29,773 bases of DNA from an uncultured Bacilli bacterium (GTDB lineage: Bacteria; Bacillota_I; Bacilli_A; RF39; UBA660): positions 1 to 29,773 of the forward strand of contig CANRAX010000001.1 of NCBI GenBank assembly GCA_947628635.1, written 5' to 3'. The notes under the pieces are model-generated. The model searched no databases. It was not told where the DNA came from and saw only the letters and a program-made list of their open reading frames with translations. Both the position numbers and the translations under genes were made by a program. Shown in pieces: positions 1-7,842 of the stretch. How positions within the stretch are numbered: the first letter of the stretch is position 1; each line of letters opens with the position of its first letter.

Positions 1-333
1 GCTTTGATTAGGACACTTGCTTTAAGGCCAGATATACTACTTTTAGATGAGGCGATGTCGGCACTTGATTATCAGTCAAGACTGGCGATTAGTGATGATA
101 TTTACCGAATAATTAAAAAAGAAGGAAAAACAGCTATTATGGTTACTCATGATATTGCGGAAGCTATAAGTATGGCTGATAGAGTTATTGTTTTGACGAA
201 AAGACCGGCTGTTGTTAAGAAAATTTATGAAATAAAGCTTACGGATAAATCGAGTCCTATTAATAATAGAAAAGCTAAAGAATTTAGTGATTATTATGAT
301 AAGATTTGGAGGGATTTAGATGTCCACATTTAG
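1..333 (+). CDS. ABC transporter ATP-binding protein, NitT/TauT-type (partial, C-terminal part)
   Basis: Frame is open from base 1. Walker B/D-loop (ILLLDEAMSALD) and H-loop (IMVTHD) present. Overlaps the downstream permease. Confidence 0.9.
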   Translation, partial: ALIRTLALRPDILLLDEAMSALDYQSRLAISDDIYRIIKKEGKTAIMVTHDIAEAISMADRVIVLTKRPAVVKKIYEIKLTDKSSPINNRKAKEFSDYYDKIWRDLDVHI

Positions 334-1111
334 CGATGAGCATAAAAAGTATTTGGAAGATATAAAAAGAAAAAAGGTTATAGTTGGTGTATTTCGTTTT
401 TTAATAATAACTGCGTTTTTAGTTGTTTGGGAGCTGTTAGCTAGATTTAAAATTATAAATACATTTTTGTTTTCAAGTCCTAGTAGTGTTGTTACCACTT
501 TAATGGGATTAATTAAAGAAAATAATTTGTTTAGTCATATTGGAATTACATTATATGAAGTAATGGTAAGCTTCTTAGTCGCAACGGTTATTGGCCTTAT
601 AGTTGCTACTTTGTTTTGGCGCTTTGAAATTGCTTCTCGCATAATGGACCCTTATATAACAATACTTAATTCACTACCAAAAGTAGCTTTGGGACCATTA
701 CTTATTATTTGGGTTGGAGCTAGTATTAATTCAATTATTTTTATGGCTCTTTTGATAAGTACGTTTATTACTATTATTAATATTTATAATGGTTTTATGA
801 GTGTGAACAGTAGTTATATTACTTTAATGAAATCTTTCAAAGCTAGTAAATGGCAAATTTTTTGGAAAGTTATTTTGCCAAGTAATTATAAGACTATTTT
901 GGCTGCTTTGAAGATAAATGTTTCTATGAGTTTGATTGGGGTAATTATGGGAGAGTTGCTTGTTTCTAAAAGTGGGCTTGGTTATTTGATTATGTATGGC
1001 TCACAAGTATTTAATATTAATTTAGTTATTACTTCCGTAGTAATTTTAGGAGTTATTTCTTATTTAATGTATTTTGTTATTGATAAGTTTGAACAGAAAA
1101 TAAAAAGATGA
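320..1111 (+). CDS. ABC transporter permease, NitT/TauT (SsuC-like) family
   Basis: About 6 TM segments, LNSLPKVALGPLL motif, EAA-like loop (MKSFKASKWQIFWKVILP), C-terminal GELLVSKSGLGYLI. RBS GGAGGG upstream. Confidence 0.88.
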   Translation: MSTFSDEHKKYLEDIKRKKVIVGVFRFLIITAFLVVWELLARFKIINTFLFSSPSSVVTTLMGLIKENNLFSHIGITLYEVMVSFLVATVIGLIVATLFWRFEIASRIMDPYITILNSLPKVALGPLLIIWVGASINSIIFMALLISTFITIINIYNGFMSVNSSYITLMKSFKASKWQIFWKVILPSNYKTILAALKINVSMSLIGVIMGELLVSKSGLGYLIMYGSQVFNINLVITSVVILGVISYLMYFVIDKFEQKIKR

Positions 1112-1140
1112 GATGTAGGTTATGATGAGTTGATTAAAAT

Positions 1141-1179
1141 AAAAAGGCTGTCTGAAACGAAATTTTAGACAGTCTTTTT
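1141..1179. terminator. Probable bidirectional intrinsic terminator
   Basis: AAAAAGGCTGTCT (1141-1153) pairs with AGACAGTCTTTTT (1167-1179) with one mismatch (G-U on the plus strand). A/T tracts on both sides; lies between convergent transcription units. Confidence 0.8.
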
Positions 1180-1220
1180 ATAATTTTATCCTTAAATTAA
1201 AACGACTTGTTTTGTCAAAG

Positions 1221-1330
1221 CTATTTAATAACTAAGAAATTCATTACTAAGTCGATTAGAATATTTTTTTTAGATTAAACTCTGCTATTAATAAAGTTAT
1301 AGTTGCAAGAGTATTATTATCTATAACTTC
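1221..1330 (-). pseudogene. Relic of the C-terminus of a RhuM/Fic (death-on-curing-associated)-like gene
   Basis: Manual translation gives EVIDNNTLATITLLIAEFNLKK, then a frameshift in the T8 run at 1264-1271, then NILIDLVMNFLVIK*. This resembles the recalled family C-terminal motif DNNTLxxxTLLIAES. No start codon. Confidence 0.5.
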
Positions 1331-1439
1331 TTATTTTCTTTATAAGTGAACGCTTGTTCGTTAACACATTTCGCTCTTTTTTATACTAAATTTATTGTAT
1401 ATAAAAAAACTTATATAAGAAGACTTGCTTTGTAATTTT

Positions 1440-1571
1440 TTAATTATCCAATTTATTGTATTCTTAATCAGTAACTGGTTCTAACCAGATATTATCTTTT
1501 TTCTTGCTTGGTACTTCAACGGTAATGTGACTAAACCATGTTTCCTTCGTTAAATGGTACAATGAAAATTG
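1440..1571 (-). pseudogene. Relic of the C-terminus of a cupin-domain gene
   Basis: Manual translation QFSLYHLTKETWFSHITVEVPSKKKDNIWLEPVTD*EYNKLDN* matches the recalled cupin C-terminal pattern WFSH(I/L)xxEVP...WLEPVxDEEY. In-frame TAA at 1464-1466; no start codon. Confidence 0.6.
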
Positions 1572-2468
1572 CTATGCATTTTCCACTTTTCTAAATTTAA
1601 CAAAGTATGCTAATCCACCAATTTCATCTCTGTTTTCTTCTATTTTAATGCCCTTATCTTCACATTTTTTTAGAACTGCATTTTTAATAATTCCTTGGGT
1701 CAAAGGACTAACAAATGCAACATCAGGTTTATAATCTATTAATTCAGCAATAGTTGTTTCAGCGTTATATGGTAATACACTAATTTTATTTATAATATTA
1801 TTAATAACTTTATTATTATCATTTGAATAGTAATTATTAATAAAATTATTATAATCATTTTCTAATTTGCTTGGTAATTTTCGATTAGCAAAAGCGTATC
1901 CATCTTCATCAAACGAAATAAAACCATTTAAAGAATTAGGAACTAAATTTTTTTGTTCATCCATTTGGCTTACCTCTATATTATTAACATTGTTATTTGT
2001 TAACTTATTAGAACAAATTAAATTTTTAATTTCTTCTTCAGTTTTATATATTTCATTTTTTGCTTCTTCTGACGCTACATTTATTCTACTAATGGATATG
2101 TATATAGATTTAAATTTAATTCTTAAACTATCACTTTCTCCTACATACATTCCGGTACTTTGATTTAATGCTATTTTAATTAATTTATCAATATTAATTT
2201 CAATATAATTATATAAATTACTAACCACTTCATCAGTTACTTTATATTCGTCTTTACCAACGTTTATATTACCATATGAACTATTAAAAGCATTTCTTAT
2301 ACTTACTTCAATTCTACCATCATAATATCTTGGATGTTGTTTAGGTACTGCTGGATCTGCATACCAATCCAACATAAATGAATCTTTATCCATTAATTCC
2401 TCAATAAATATTTCATTCTTTCTATCTATTTTTTCTATATTATTTTCGCTATTCATATTACTTTCCAT
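1572..2468 (-). CDS. Hypothetical protein (298 aa, apparently modular)
   Basis: Long ORF with protein-like composition. No motif I can name; the start codon is uncertain because the frame stays open to 2510. Confidence 0.7.
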   Translation of the reverse strand: MESNMNSENNIEKIDRKNEIFIEELMDKDSFMLDWYADPAVPKQHPRYYDGRIEVSIRNAFNSSYGNINVGKDEYKVTDEVVSNLYNYIEINIDKLIKIALNQSTGMYVGESDSLRIKFKSIYISISRINVASEEAKNEIYKTEEEIKNLICSNKLTNNNVNNIEVSQMDEQKNLVPNSLNGFISFDEDGYAFANRKLPSKLENDYNNFINNYYSNDNNKVINNIINKISVLPYNAETTIAELIDYKPDVAFVSPLTQGIIKNAVLKKCEDKGIKIEENRDEIGGLAYFVKFRKVENA

Positions 2469-2548
2469 TTCTTTCTCATAATCTCCATTTTTTGTGTCTA
2501 TATTTCTATCCTAACATCACTAGTTCTTGATAATAAATTTCTTGCTAT

Positions 2549-2971
2549 TTAGTCAGAATCCTGTTTTGTTTTCTCTAAAGATTCCACTTTTCTAATTCTA
2601 TTATTTTTTTCATCTATTTGTTTTAATAATTCATCAAATTGTCTGCTAACTTCATCATAATGTTTCTCTTGTTCTTCATATTGTTGTTTACTAGATTCTA
2701 TTTTCTCATTTATTTCTTTAAGAGTTTCATCATTTTCTATATCTATATTATTTTCTTTATATTCATCAAAACTAGGAAAATCAAATTTATCCCACTTTGC
2801 ATTCATTCTTTTTAATTCTTCATCATGTTTTTTCAAAAGTTTATCACTATCTTTTATAAATCCTTTCATTTCTTTATAATCATATTTAATTTCTTGCTTT
2901 TCTGCTTTTGTATTTGCTTCTTTTTTCTTTTGTTTATATTCATCATTTAGATTATTTAATATTTCACCCAT
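2549..2971 (-). CDS. Hypothetical coiled-coil protein (140 aa)
   Basis: K/E-rich helical ORF. Extended -10 TGATATAAT on the minus strand at 3011-3019 and AGGT before the ATG. Confidence 0.7.
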   Translation of the reverse strand: MGEILNNLNDEYKQKKKEANTKAEKQEIKYDYKEMKGFIKDSDKLLKKHDEELKRMNAKWDKFDFPSFDEYKENNIDIENDETLKEINEKIESSKQQYEEQEKHYDEVSRQFDELLKQIDEKNNRIRKVESLEKTKQDSD

Positions 2972-3038
2972 AATATACCTATCAAAAATTATTTTCTTTT
3001 CTTACCTACTATTATATCATAGCATTATTTAATTGGAG

Positions 3039-3074
3039 AAAAAATGAAAAAGCAAATCACGTATAGTGCTTGCT
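3039..3074 (-). terminator. Intrinsic terminator of the XRE/DUF4097 operon
   Basis: Minus-strand hairpin AGCAA-G-CAC-TATAC-GTG-AT-TTGCT followed by TTTTCATTTTTT, directly after the DUF4097 stop codon. Confidence 0.55.
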
Positions 3075-3075
3075 A

Positions 3076-3963
3076 TTAATTACTTACTTCAATATCACCA
3101 CAATCATTTTCTATTTTTAAGGTAATATCAGATTTGTGATAATTATTCTTAATTTTTACTTTGCCTAAGTCCGTTTTGGCATCAATAAATAATTCGTTGG
3201 TATTATCTATTTCTATGTCGCCATAATCATTTTTAATGTAAGAGTCTTTTTTTAAATTGAGATTATTAAGTTCTATATCGCCACAATCATTTTCAAGATA
3301 AAGATAATTATTAACTGACTTAATTTTTATATCTCCATAACTATTCTTTACTGTTGCGTCATTAGTCTTAGAAATTAAAACATCCCCACAATCTTCATTT
3401 ACACTTAATACATTAGCTTTTTCTATTTCTATATCACCATAATCATTGACTACTTTAACAATATTACCACCAAGCATTTTAACATCGCCACAATCTTCTT
3501 CAACATCAATATTACCATTTAAAAATTCATCAATAAAAACATCGCCATAATCATTTTTTATATTAATATTTCCAGCATAGTCTTTTGGTAAATATATCTT
3601 TATCTTAGCTGATTTTTGATTAAAACAAAATCCTATACAATTTTTTTCTTTTGTTTTAATGTTTAAAGTATCAAGATTGGTTTCAATATCAGTATAGTCT
3701 TTTTCTCCGTAAATTACGGCTTTAATATTTTCCGTATTGCTTCTTTTAAAATAAATTTCACTTGTAGTAGCGTCTATCACGATACTATTAAACTTTTCTT
3801 CAAAAGTTTTATCTAATATCAATTCATTACTACTTTGTACTCCCATCATAAAACCTTTAAATTTAAAATCATTTTGTAAGAGACCTATAAAAAATATTGA
3901 AAGGGCTATCATAATAATAGATAATAAAATAATTAAAGCTATAATCCATTTTCTATTTTTCAT
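3076..3963 (-). CDS. DUF4097 family beta-strand repeat protein with an N-terminal membrane anchor
   Basis: N-terminal hydrophobic helix and nine (N/E/T)(D/S)(Y/C/L)G(D/K)(V/I)x(hydrophobic) repeats typical of DUF4097/adhesin-like solenoids. Confidence 0.8.
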   Translation of the reverse strand: MKNRKWIIALIILLSIIMIALSIFFIGLLQNDFKFKGFMMGVQSSNELILDKTFEEKFNSIVIDATTSEIYFKRSNTENIKAVIYGEKDYTDIETNLDTLNIKTKEKNCIGFCFNQKSAKIKIYLPKDYAGNINIKNDYGDVFIDEFLNGNIDVEEDCGDVKMLGGNIVKVVNDYGDIEIEKANVLSVNEDCGDVLISKTNDATVKNSYGDIKIKSVNNYLYLENDCGDIELNNLNLKKDSYIKNDYGDIEIDNTNELFIDAKTDLGKVKIKNNYHKSDITLKIENDCGDIEVSN

Positions 3964-4600
3964 CTTTATAGCTCCTTAGCATAAATATTAATTTTAATAT
4001 TTCTTCGAATAAGCCAAATATTACCCATATTATCCATGTTAAATGCCAAGCCATAGTTTTAAAACTAATAACTAAATATATGATGGTAATGAGTATTGCT
4101 ACTACACTGGAAATTTGTTTTCTTAATTTATCAGTTTCTGTTTCTTTAGGAGTTTCTATTTTTTTATATTTAATACATACATAGATTATTATACCTGTTG
4201 CGACTCCACAAATAAGTAAAAATAAAGCACAGGCTACTACGGGATTCATATTCATAACGGGAATAGAAATAAGTATCCATACACAACTCAAAAAATATAA
4301 CACAACGCTAATTGCTATTCCTTTGGCTTTTTTACTTGTCTTTAATTTTTCTTCTTCTAAATCAATAACGAATTCACTATTTTTAGAATTTTCTTTTCCT
4401 TTTAATTCAATAAAAAGTTCATCAGGAGTGATACCATACAAATCACATAAAGGAACAACTTTATCGAAATCAGGCAGACTCTGGTCTGTTTCCCATTTTG
4501 AAACAGTTTGTCTTGTAACTTTTAATTTATCTGCTACTTCTTCTTGAGATAATTTTTTATCTCTCCTTAACTTAAATAACCTTTCACCTAAATTATTCAC
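3953..4600 (-). CDS. XRE-family HTH regulator with a C-terminal membrane domain
   Basis: LFKLRRDKKLSQEEVADKLKVTRQTVSKWETDQSLPD is a classic HTH_3, followed by about 4 TM helices. Start is probably GTG at 4600 (GAGGTG RBS 6 nt upstream) rather than TTG at 4618. Confidence 0.88.
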   Translation of the reverse strand: MNNLGERLFKLRRDKKLSQEEVADKLKVTRQTVSKWETDQSLPDFDKVVPLCDLYGITPDELFIELKGKENSKNSEFVIDLEEEKLKTSKKAKGIAISVVLYFLSCVWILISIPVMNMNPVVACALFLLICGVATGIIIYVCIKYKKIETPKETETDKLRKQISSVVAILITIIYLVISFKTMAWHLTWIIWVIFGLFEEILKLIFMLRSYKDEK

Positions 4601-4631
4601 TTTCTTCACCTCACGCAAAATTATACATTTT

Positions 4632-4680
4632 ATTTTAGTTGCAATCTACCTGTTTGAGTTGGAAATTTGTCAACTAAAAT
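4632..4680. promoter_or_regulatory. 10-bp inverted repeat upstream of the XRE-TM gene (candidate operator)
   Basis: ATTTTAGTTG (4632-4641) and CAACTAAAAT (4671-4680) with a 29-nt spacer. Overlaps a minus-strand TTGACA (4668-4673); TATAAT lies at 4620-4625. Confidence 0.4.
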
Positions 4681-4742
4681 TAACATTTTAACAATTATAT
4701 ATGAAAAAACAAACTATTTTCTAGTCTGCTTTATAAATTTTA

Positions 4743-5540
4743 TTAATCAACATTAACACCTTTTTTGAATATTTTTACATCTATACAATAATAGATACCA
4801 ATTAAAACGATATAAAGAAATATTCCTAAAACTAAGGCAGTTTTTACTATATCAACTGTAAGAGTATTGTTTATATTAGAATTAAATAAGGCCATAATAT
4901 TTGGATTAAATAAACCGATGATATAGATAATTAAAACGGATATCGCTACAACAAAGAGATAGTTTAAGAAACCATAAAGAATTGATTTAGCCATTTTGAA
5001 GTTATTTTCTCTATGACCTAGTAATATACCAGTAAAGCCTGCTTGTAATATAGTAGTAAATTCTAAAAATAAACATAAGAAAGCAGTAAGAATTACTTTA
5101 ATTGTGGTACTATTCATAACTGTTGCAAAAAACTGTAAGGTACTTTTTAAAACTTCTAAATTTTCTTTTGAATAATAAGCAATAAATACAAATAATATAA
5201 TGACTAATATGCTTGTGAACATTGTAATAATAGAAGATAAAAATTTAGAGGTATAAATAGTAGTTTTACTTATGGGAAGTGTATGTGTTAAATAGGACTC
5301 ATCGCCATATATATTTTTAACGAATCTTACCCATACTCGTAATAAACTATTTATTATAATATTTATAATAAAAGCGATTGTTGTTCCACTTGCTATAAGT
5401 GCTAGAATATGGAACATAAAAGAATTATCAAAAGAGAATAAAACTCTTGTAAAAATTGCAAATATAGTAGTCAGTAAATAAAAAACTATTAAAACTTTAT
5501 AAATGTACTTTAAATCATATTTTAAACATTTACCTAACAT
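4743..5540 (-). CDS. ABC-2-type membrane permease (YtrC-like position)
   Basis: About 6 TM segments and a YLTHTLPISK motif. Overlaps the end of the ATPase gene. Confidence 0.8.
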   Translation of the reverse strand: MLGKCLKYDLKYIYKVLIVFYLLTTIFAIFTRVLFSFDNSFMFHILALIASGTTIAFIINIIINSLLRVWVRFVKNIYGDESYLTHTLPISKTTIYTSKFLSSIITMFTSILVIILFVFIAYYSKENLEVLKSTLQFFATVMNSTTIKVILTAFLCLFLEFTTILQAGFTGILLGHRENNFKMAKSILYGFLNYLFVVAISVLIIYIIGLFNPNIMALFNSNINNTLTVDIVKTALVLGIFLYIVLIGIYYCIDVKIFKKGVNVD

Positions 5541-6229
5541 TTGAACATCCTCCTAAATATTTCATCAATAGAGCCTTTTTCTTTTGCTCTTAACTTATCA
5601 GCATTAGATGAAAGAATTATTTTTCCTTTATCAATAAATATAACTTCATCAAGTATTCTTTCTATATCACTAATAAGATGAGTGGATATTATGACACTGC
5701 CATCTTCATTAAAATTATTTAAGATGGTATCTAATATATAATCTCTAGTTGCAGGGTCAACACCACCTAAAGGCTCATCTAATATATAAAGTTCTGCATT
5801 TCTTGACATGACAAGTATAAGTTGTAATTTTTCTTGCATACCTTTACTCATTTTAGAAATTTTCATATCTATTTCTAAATCTAAATCTTTGATTAACCTT
5901 TTAGCCTTGTCAGCATCAAAGTTATCATAAAAGTCCGTAAAATATTCAAGTGTTTGTTTAATTGTCATACTTTTATCCAAGTAAGTTCTTTCTGGTAAAT
6001 AAGAAATGATTTTTTTACTTTCAATACCAATATTTTTGCCATTTACTAAAATTTCACCACTTGTTGGGATAAGTAAATCATTTATAAGTTTGATTAAGGT
6101 TGTTTTACCCATACCATTTTTTCCTAACAAGCCTATAATTTTTCCTCGTGGTATTCTTAGGTTAATATCTTTTAAAACTTGTTTTTTATCATAATTTTTA
6201 TAAATGTTTTTACACTCTAATAATTCCAT
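5534..6229 (-). CDS. ABC transporter ATP-binding protein (YtrB-like)
   Basis: Walker A GKNGMGKTT, signature MSKGM, Walker B YILDEP, H-loop ISTH. Confidence 0.93.
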   Translation of the reverse strand: MELLECKNIYKNYDKKQVLKDINLRIPRGKIIGLLGKNGMGKTTLIKLINDLLIPTSGEILVNGKNIGIESKKIISYLPERTYLDKSMTIKQTLEYFTDFYDNFDADKAKRLIKDLDLEIDMKISKMSKGMQEKLQLILVMSRNAELYILDEPLGGVDPATRDYILDTILNNFNEDGSVIISTHLISDIERILDEVIFIDKGKIILSSNADKLRAKEKGSIDEIFRRMFKC

Positions 6230-6588
6230 TATTTATTTTCCTCCCTTAAAAATTCAACTATTTCATTTTTTATAAATCCTAATTCTTTCATTTCATCTAT
6301 ATATTTTTTAGTTTTTTCTTTGGCATATTTGTCTTTAAATTTATTTAATAGTTTTTGGTCTTTAGTAACATATTTCCCGTTTGTTCTTTCGGTATAGATA
6401 AGTTTTAAATCTTCAAGTTCAACAAGTGCTTTTTGCATAGTATTAGGATTTACTTTTGTCTTTAGGGCAAGTTCTCTAACTGACGGTAGTTTTTCGCCTG
6501 ATTTTATTTTCCCTGATATTATATATATTTGTAATTGTTCTACTAGTTGGATATATATTGGTCTATCATTATCAAATACAAAATTCAT
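6229..6588 (-). CDS. GntR-family regulator, YtrA subfamily
   Basis: RPIYIQL...GEKLPSVRELA...VNPNTMQKA...RTNG winged-HTH with a short C-terminal domain, heading an ABC operon. Likely start is ATG 6588 after AAAGGAG. Confidence 0.92.
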   Translation of the reverse strand: MNFVFDNDRPIYIQLVEQLQIYIISGKIKSGEKLPSVRELALKTKVNPNTMQKALVELEDLKLIYTERTNGKYVTKDQKLLNKFKDKYAKEKTKKYIDEMKELGFIKNEIVEFLREENK

Positions 6589-6603
6589 AATTGCTCCTTT
6601 TTG

Positions 6604-6655
6604 CATTGTATTACTTGCTTAATACAATGATATAATCAAAATTTAAAAAAGTCAA
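6604..6655 (-). promoter_or_regulatory. Sigma-A promoter with an overlapping YtrA-type operator
   Basis: TTGACT (6655-6650), 17 bp, TATCAT (6632-6627). Perfect inverted repeat CATTGTATTA-N6-TAATACAATG (6604-6629) covers the -10 and the start site. Confidence 0.8.
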
Positions 6656-6656
6656 T

Positions 6657-6687
6657 AAAAAATGATTATCAATTTTACTTGATAACC
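6657..6687 (-). terminator. Intrinsic terminator downstream of the second XRE-TM gene
   Basis: Minus-strand GGTTATCAA-GTAAAA-TTGATAATC followed by ATTTTTT. Confidence 0.5.
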
Positions 6688-6731
6688 TAAATCATTTAAA
6701 CTGTAAGTTTTATAAATTATTTTAAATCTAA

Positions 6732-6863
6732 AAAAAGTTGCCTCAAGAATATGAAATGTCTGAAATAATGTTTTCTGATGAATTACCTGATAACATGACT
6801 TTTCCTGATTCATCTAAAATTTATTTTAATAAAGTTATTGAAGCAAAGAGTTTAAATAATTAA
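6732..6863 (+). pseudogene. Start-less fragment resembling the C-terminus of a NUDIX hydrolase
   Basis: Manual translation KKLPQEYEMSEIMFSDELPDNMTFPDSSKIYFNKVIEAKSLNN* resembles the recalled pattern EMxEI...DxLPxNxTxP. The NUDIX box is absent. Confidence 0.4.
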
Positions 6864-6908
6864 ATTTTTTTTATTAATTAAAAAGCTATTATGAATTTTT
6901 GAATCTAT

Positions 6909-7619
6909 TTACTTGCAATAGTTTAATAAGTCATAATCAGTTTGCTTACTATTTTTTTCGATAGTCCAATATTCATCAGCTTCATTGAAATTACATCTAT
7001 ATACATCATAGAATAAGGTATCATAATATATTACGTTTCCGATAGTGTTAGTTTTAATTCTAAATCGTGGGGCTTGGCTATTTAGTTTTACATTACTATA
7101 ATCTAGTATTAATAACATTGCTATTATTAAAACAACATATCCTAAATTAAATAATACTCTTTTTTTTAAAGTTTTTCCTTTTTGAATAATTGAAAAGCCA
7201 AATAAAGATATTATCATACCTATAACTGAATAGATAGAACCCCAACTACTTTCACTAGGAAATACAGAAAAAGCACTAAAAATTAAACCTAAGCCAAAGA
7301 ATAATAAAATTTCTGCAATTAATTTATTTTTCTTGTGGATTTTTTTAGTTGTATAATCAATAGTATTAACAATATTTTCTTCAAACTTCTCTTGGTATTC
7401 TTTATACTCAACTTTTTGGCCACTTATTAAATCATTTAAAGTAATATCTAATTCATTACATAAAGGTTTGAATAAAGATAAGTCAGGCATATTTCTGCCA
7501 TTTTCCCAATTTCCAATAGTACGGTCAGATACTCCTAGTTTTTCGGCTAAAGCTTGTTGAGTTAAATTTTTATTTTTCCTACATTCAGAAATAAATTTGC
7601 CAATTTTGTCTTGATCCAT
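6909..7619 (-). CDS. XRE-family HTH regulator with a membrane domain and C-terminal extracellular tail
   Basis: IGKFISECRKNKNLTQQALAEKLGVSDRTIGNWENGRNMPD HTH_3 followed by 3 TM helices. Likely start is ATG 7619 after AAAGGAG. Confidence 0.88.
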   Translation of the reverse strand: MDQDKIGKFISECRKNKNLTQQALAEKLGVSDRTIGNWENGRNMPDLSLFKPLCNELDITLNDLISGQKVEYKEYQEKFEENIVNTIDYTTKKIHKKNKLIAEILLFFGLGLIFSAFSVFPSESSWGSIYSVIGMIISLFGFSIIQKGKTLKKRVLFNLGYVVLIIAMLLILDYSNVKLNSQAPRFRIKTNTIGNVIYYDTLFYDVYRCNFNEADEYWTIEKNSKQTDYDLLNYCK

Positions 7620-7842
7620 ATTTCTTGCTCCTTTCATATCAACATCTTAAAACAAAAAAGTTGATTTTAATAGGAAACATATCAAGGGTAAACATATTTT
7701 TTTCATTTATTTAAAGATGACTCTTTTTTGTAAATTGTTTTTGAATAAATTTTTTTGACAATTTTTTCTTGAGTCATATTTTTTCATAACATATGTATTA
7801 TATTCATATAAACTTTAAGAATTCATAGTTAATTACCTTAAT

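Noticed and set aside
3044-3079. Plus-strand micro-ORF MKKQITYSACY* with a GGAG upstream
   Set aside because: It coincides with the hairpin and U-tract of the minus-strand DUF4097 terminator, which explains the sequence.
7667-7830. Minus-strand frame of about 50 codons interrupted only by TGA (possible code-4 readthrough)
   Set aside because: All real genes here use TGG for Trp and several end in TGA. The peptide resembles nothing I know, and such a frame is plausible by chance.
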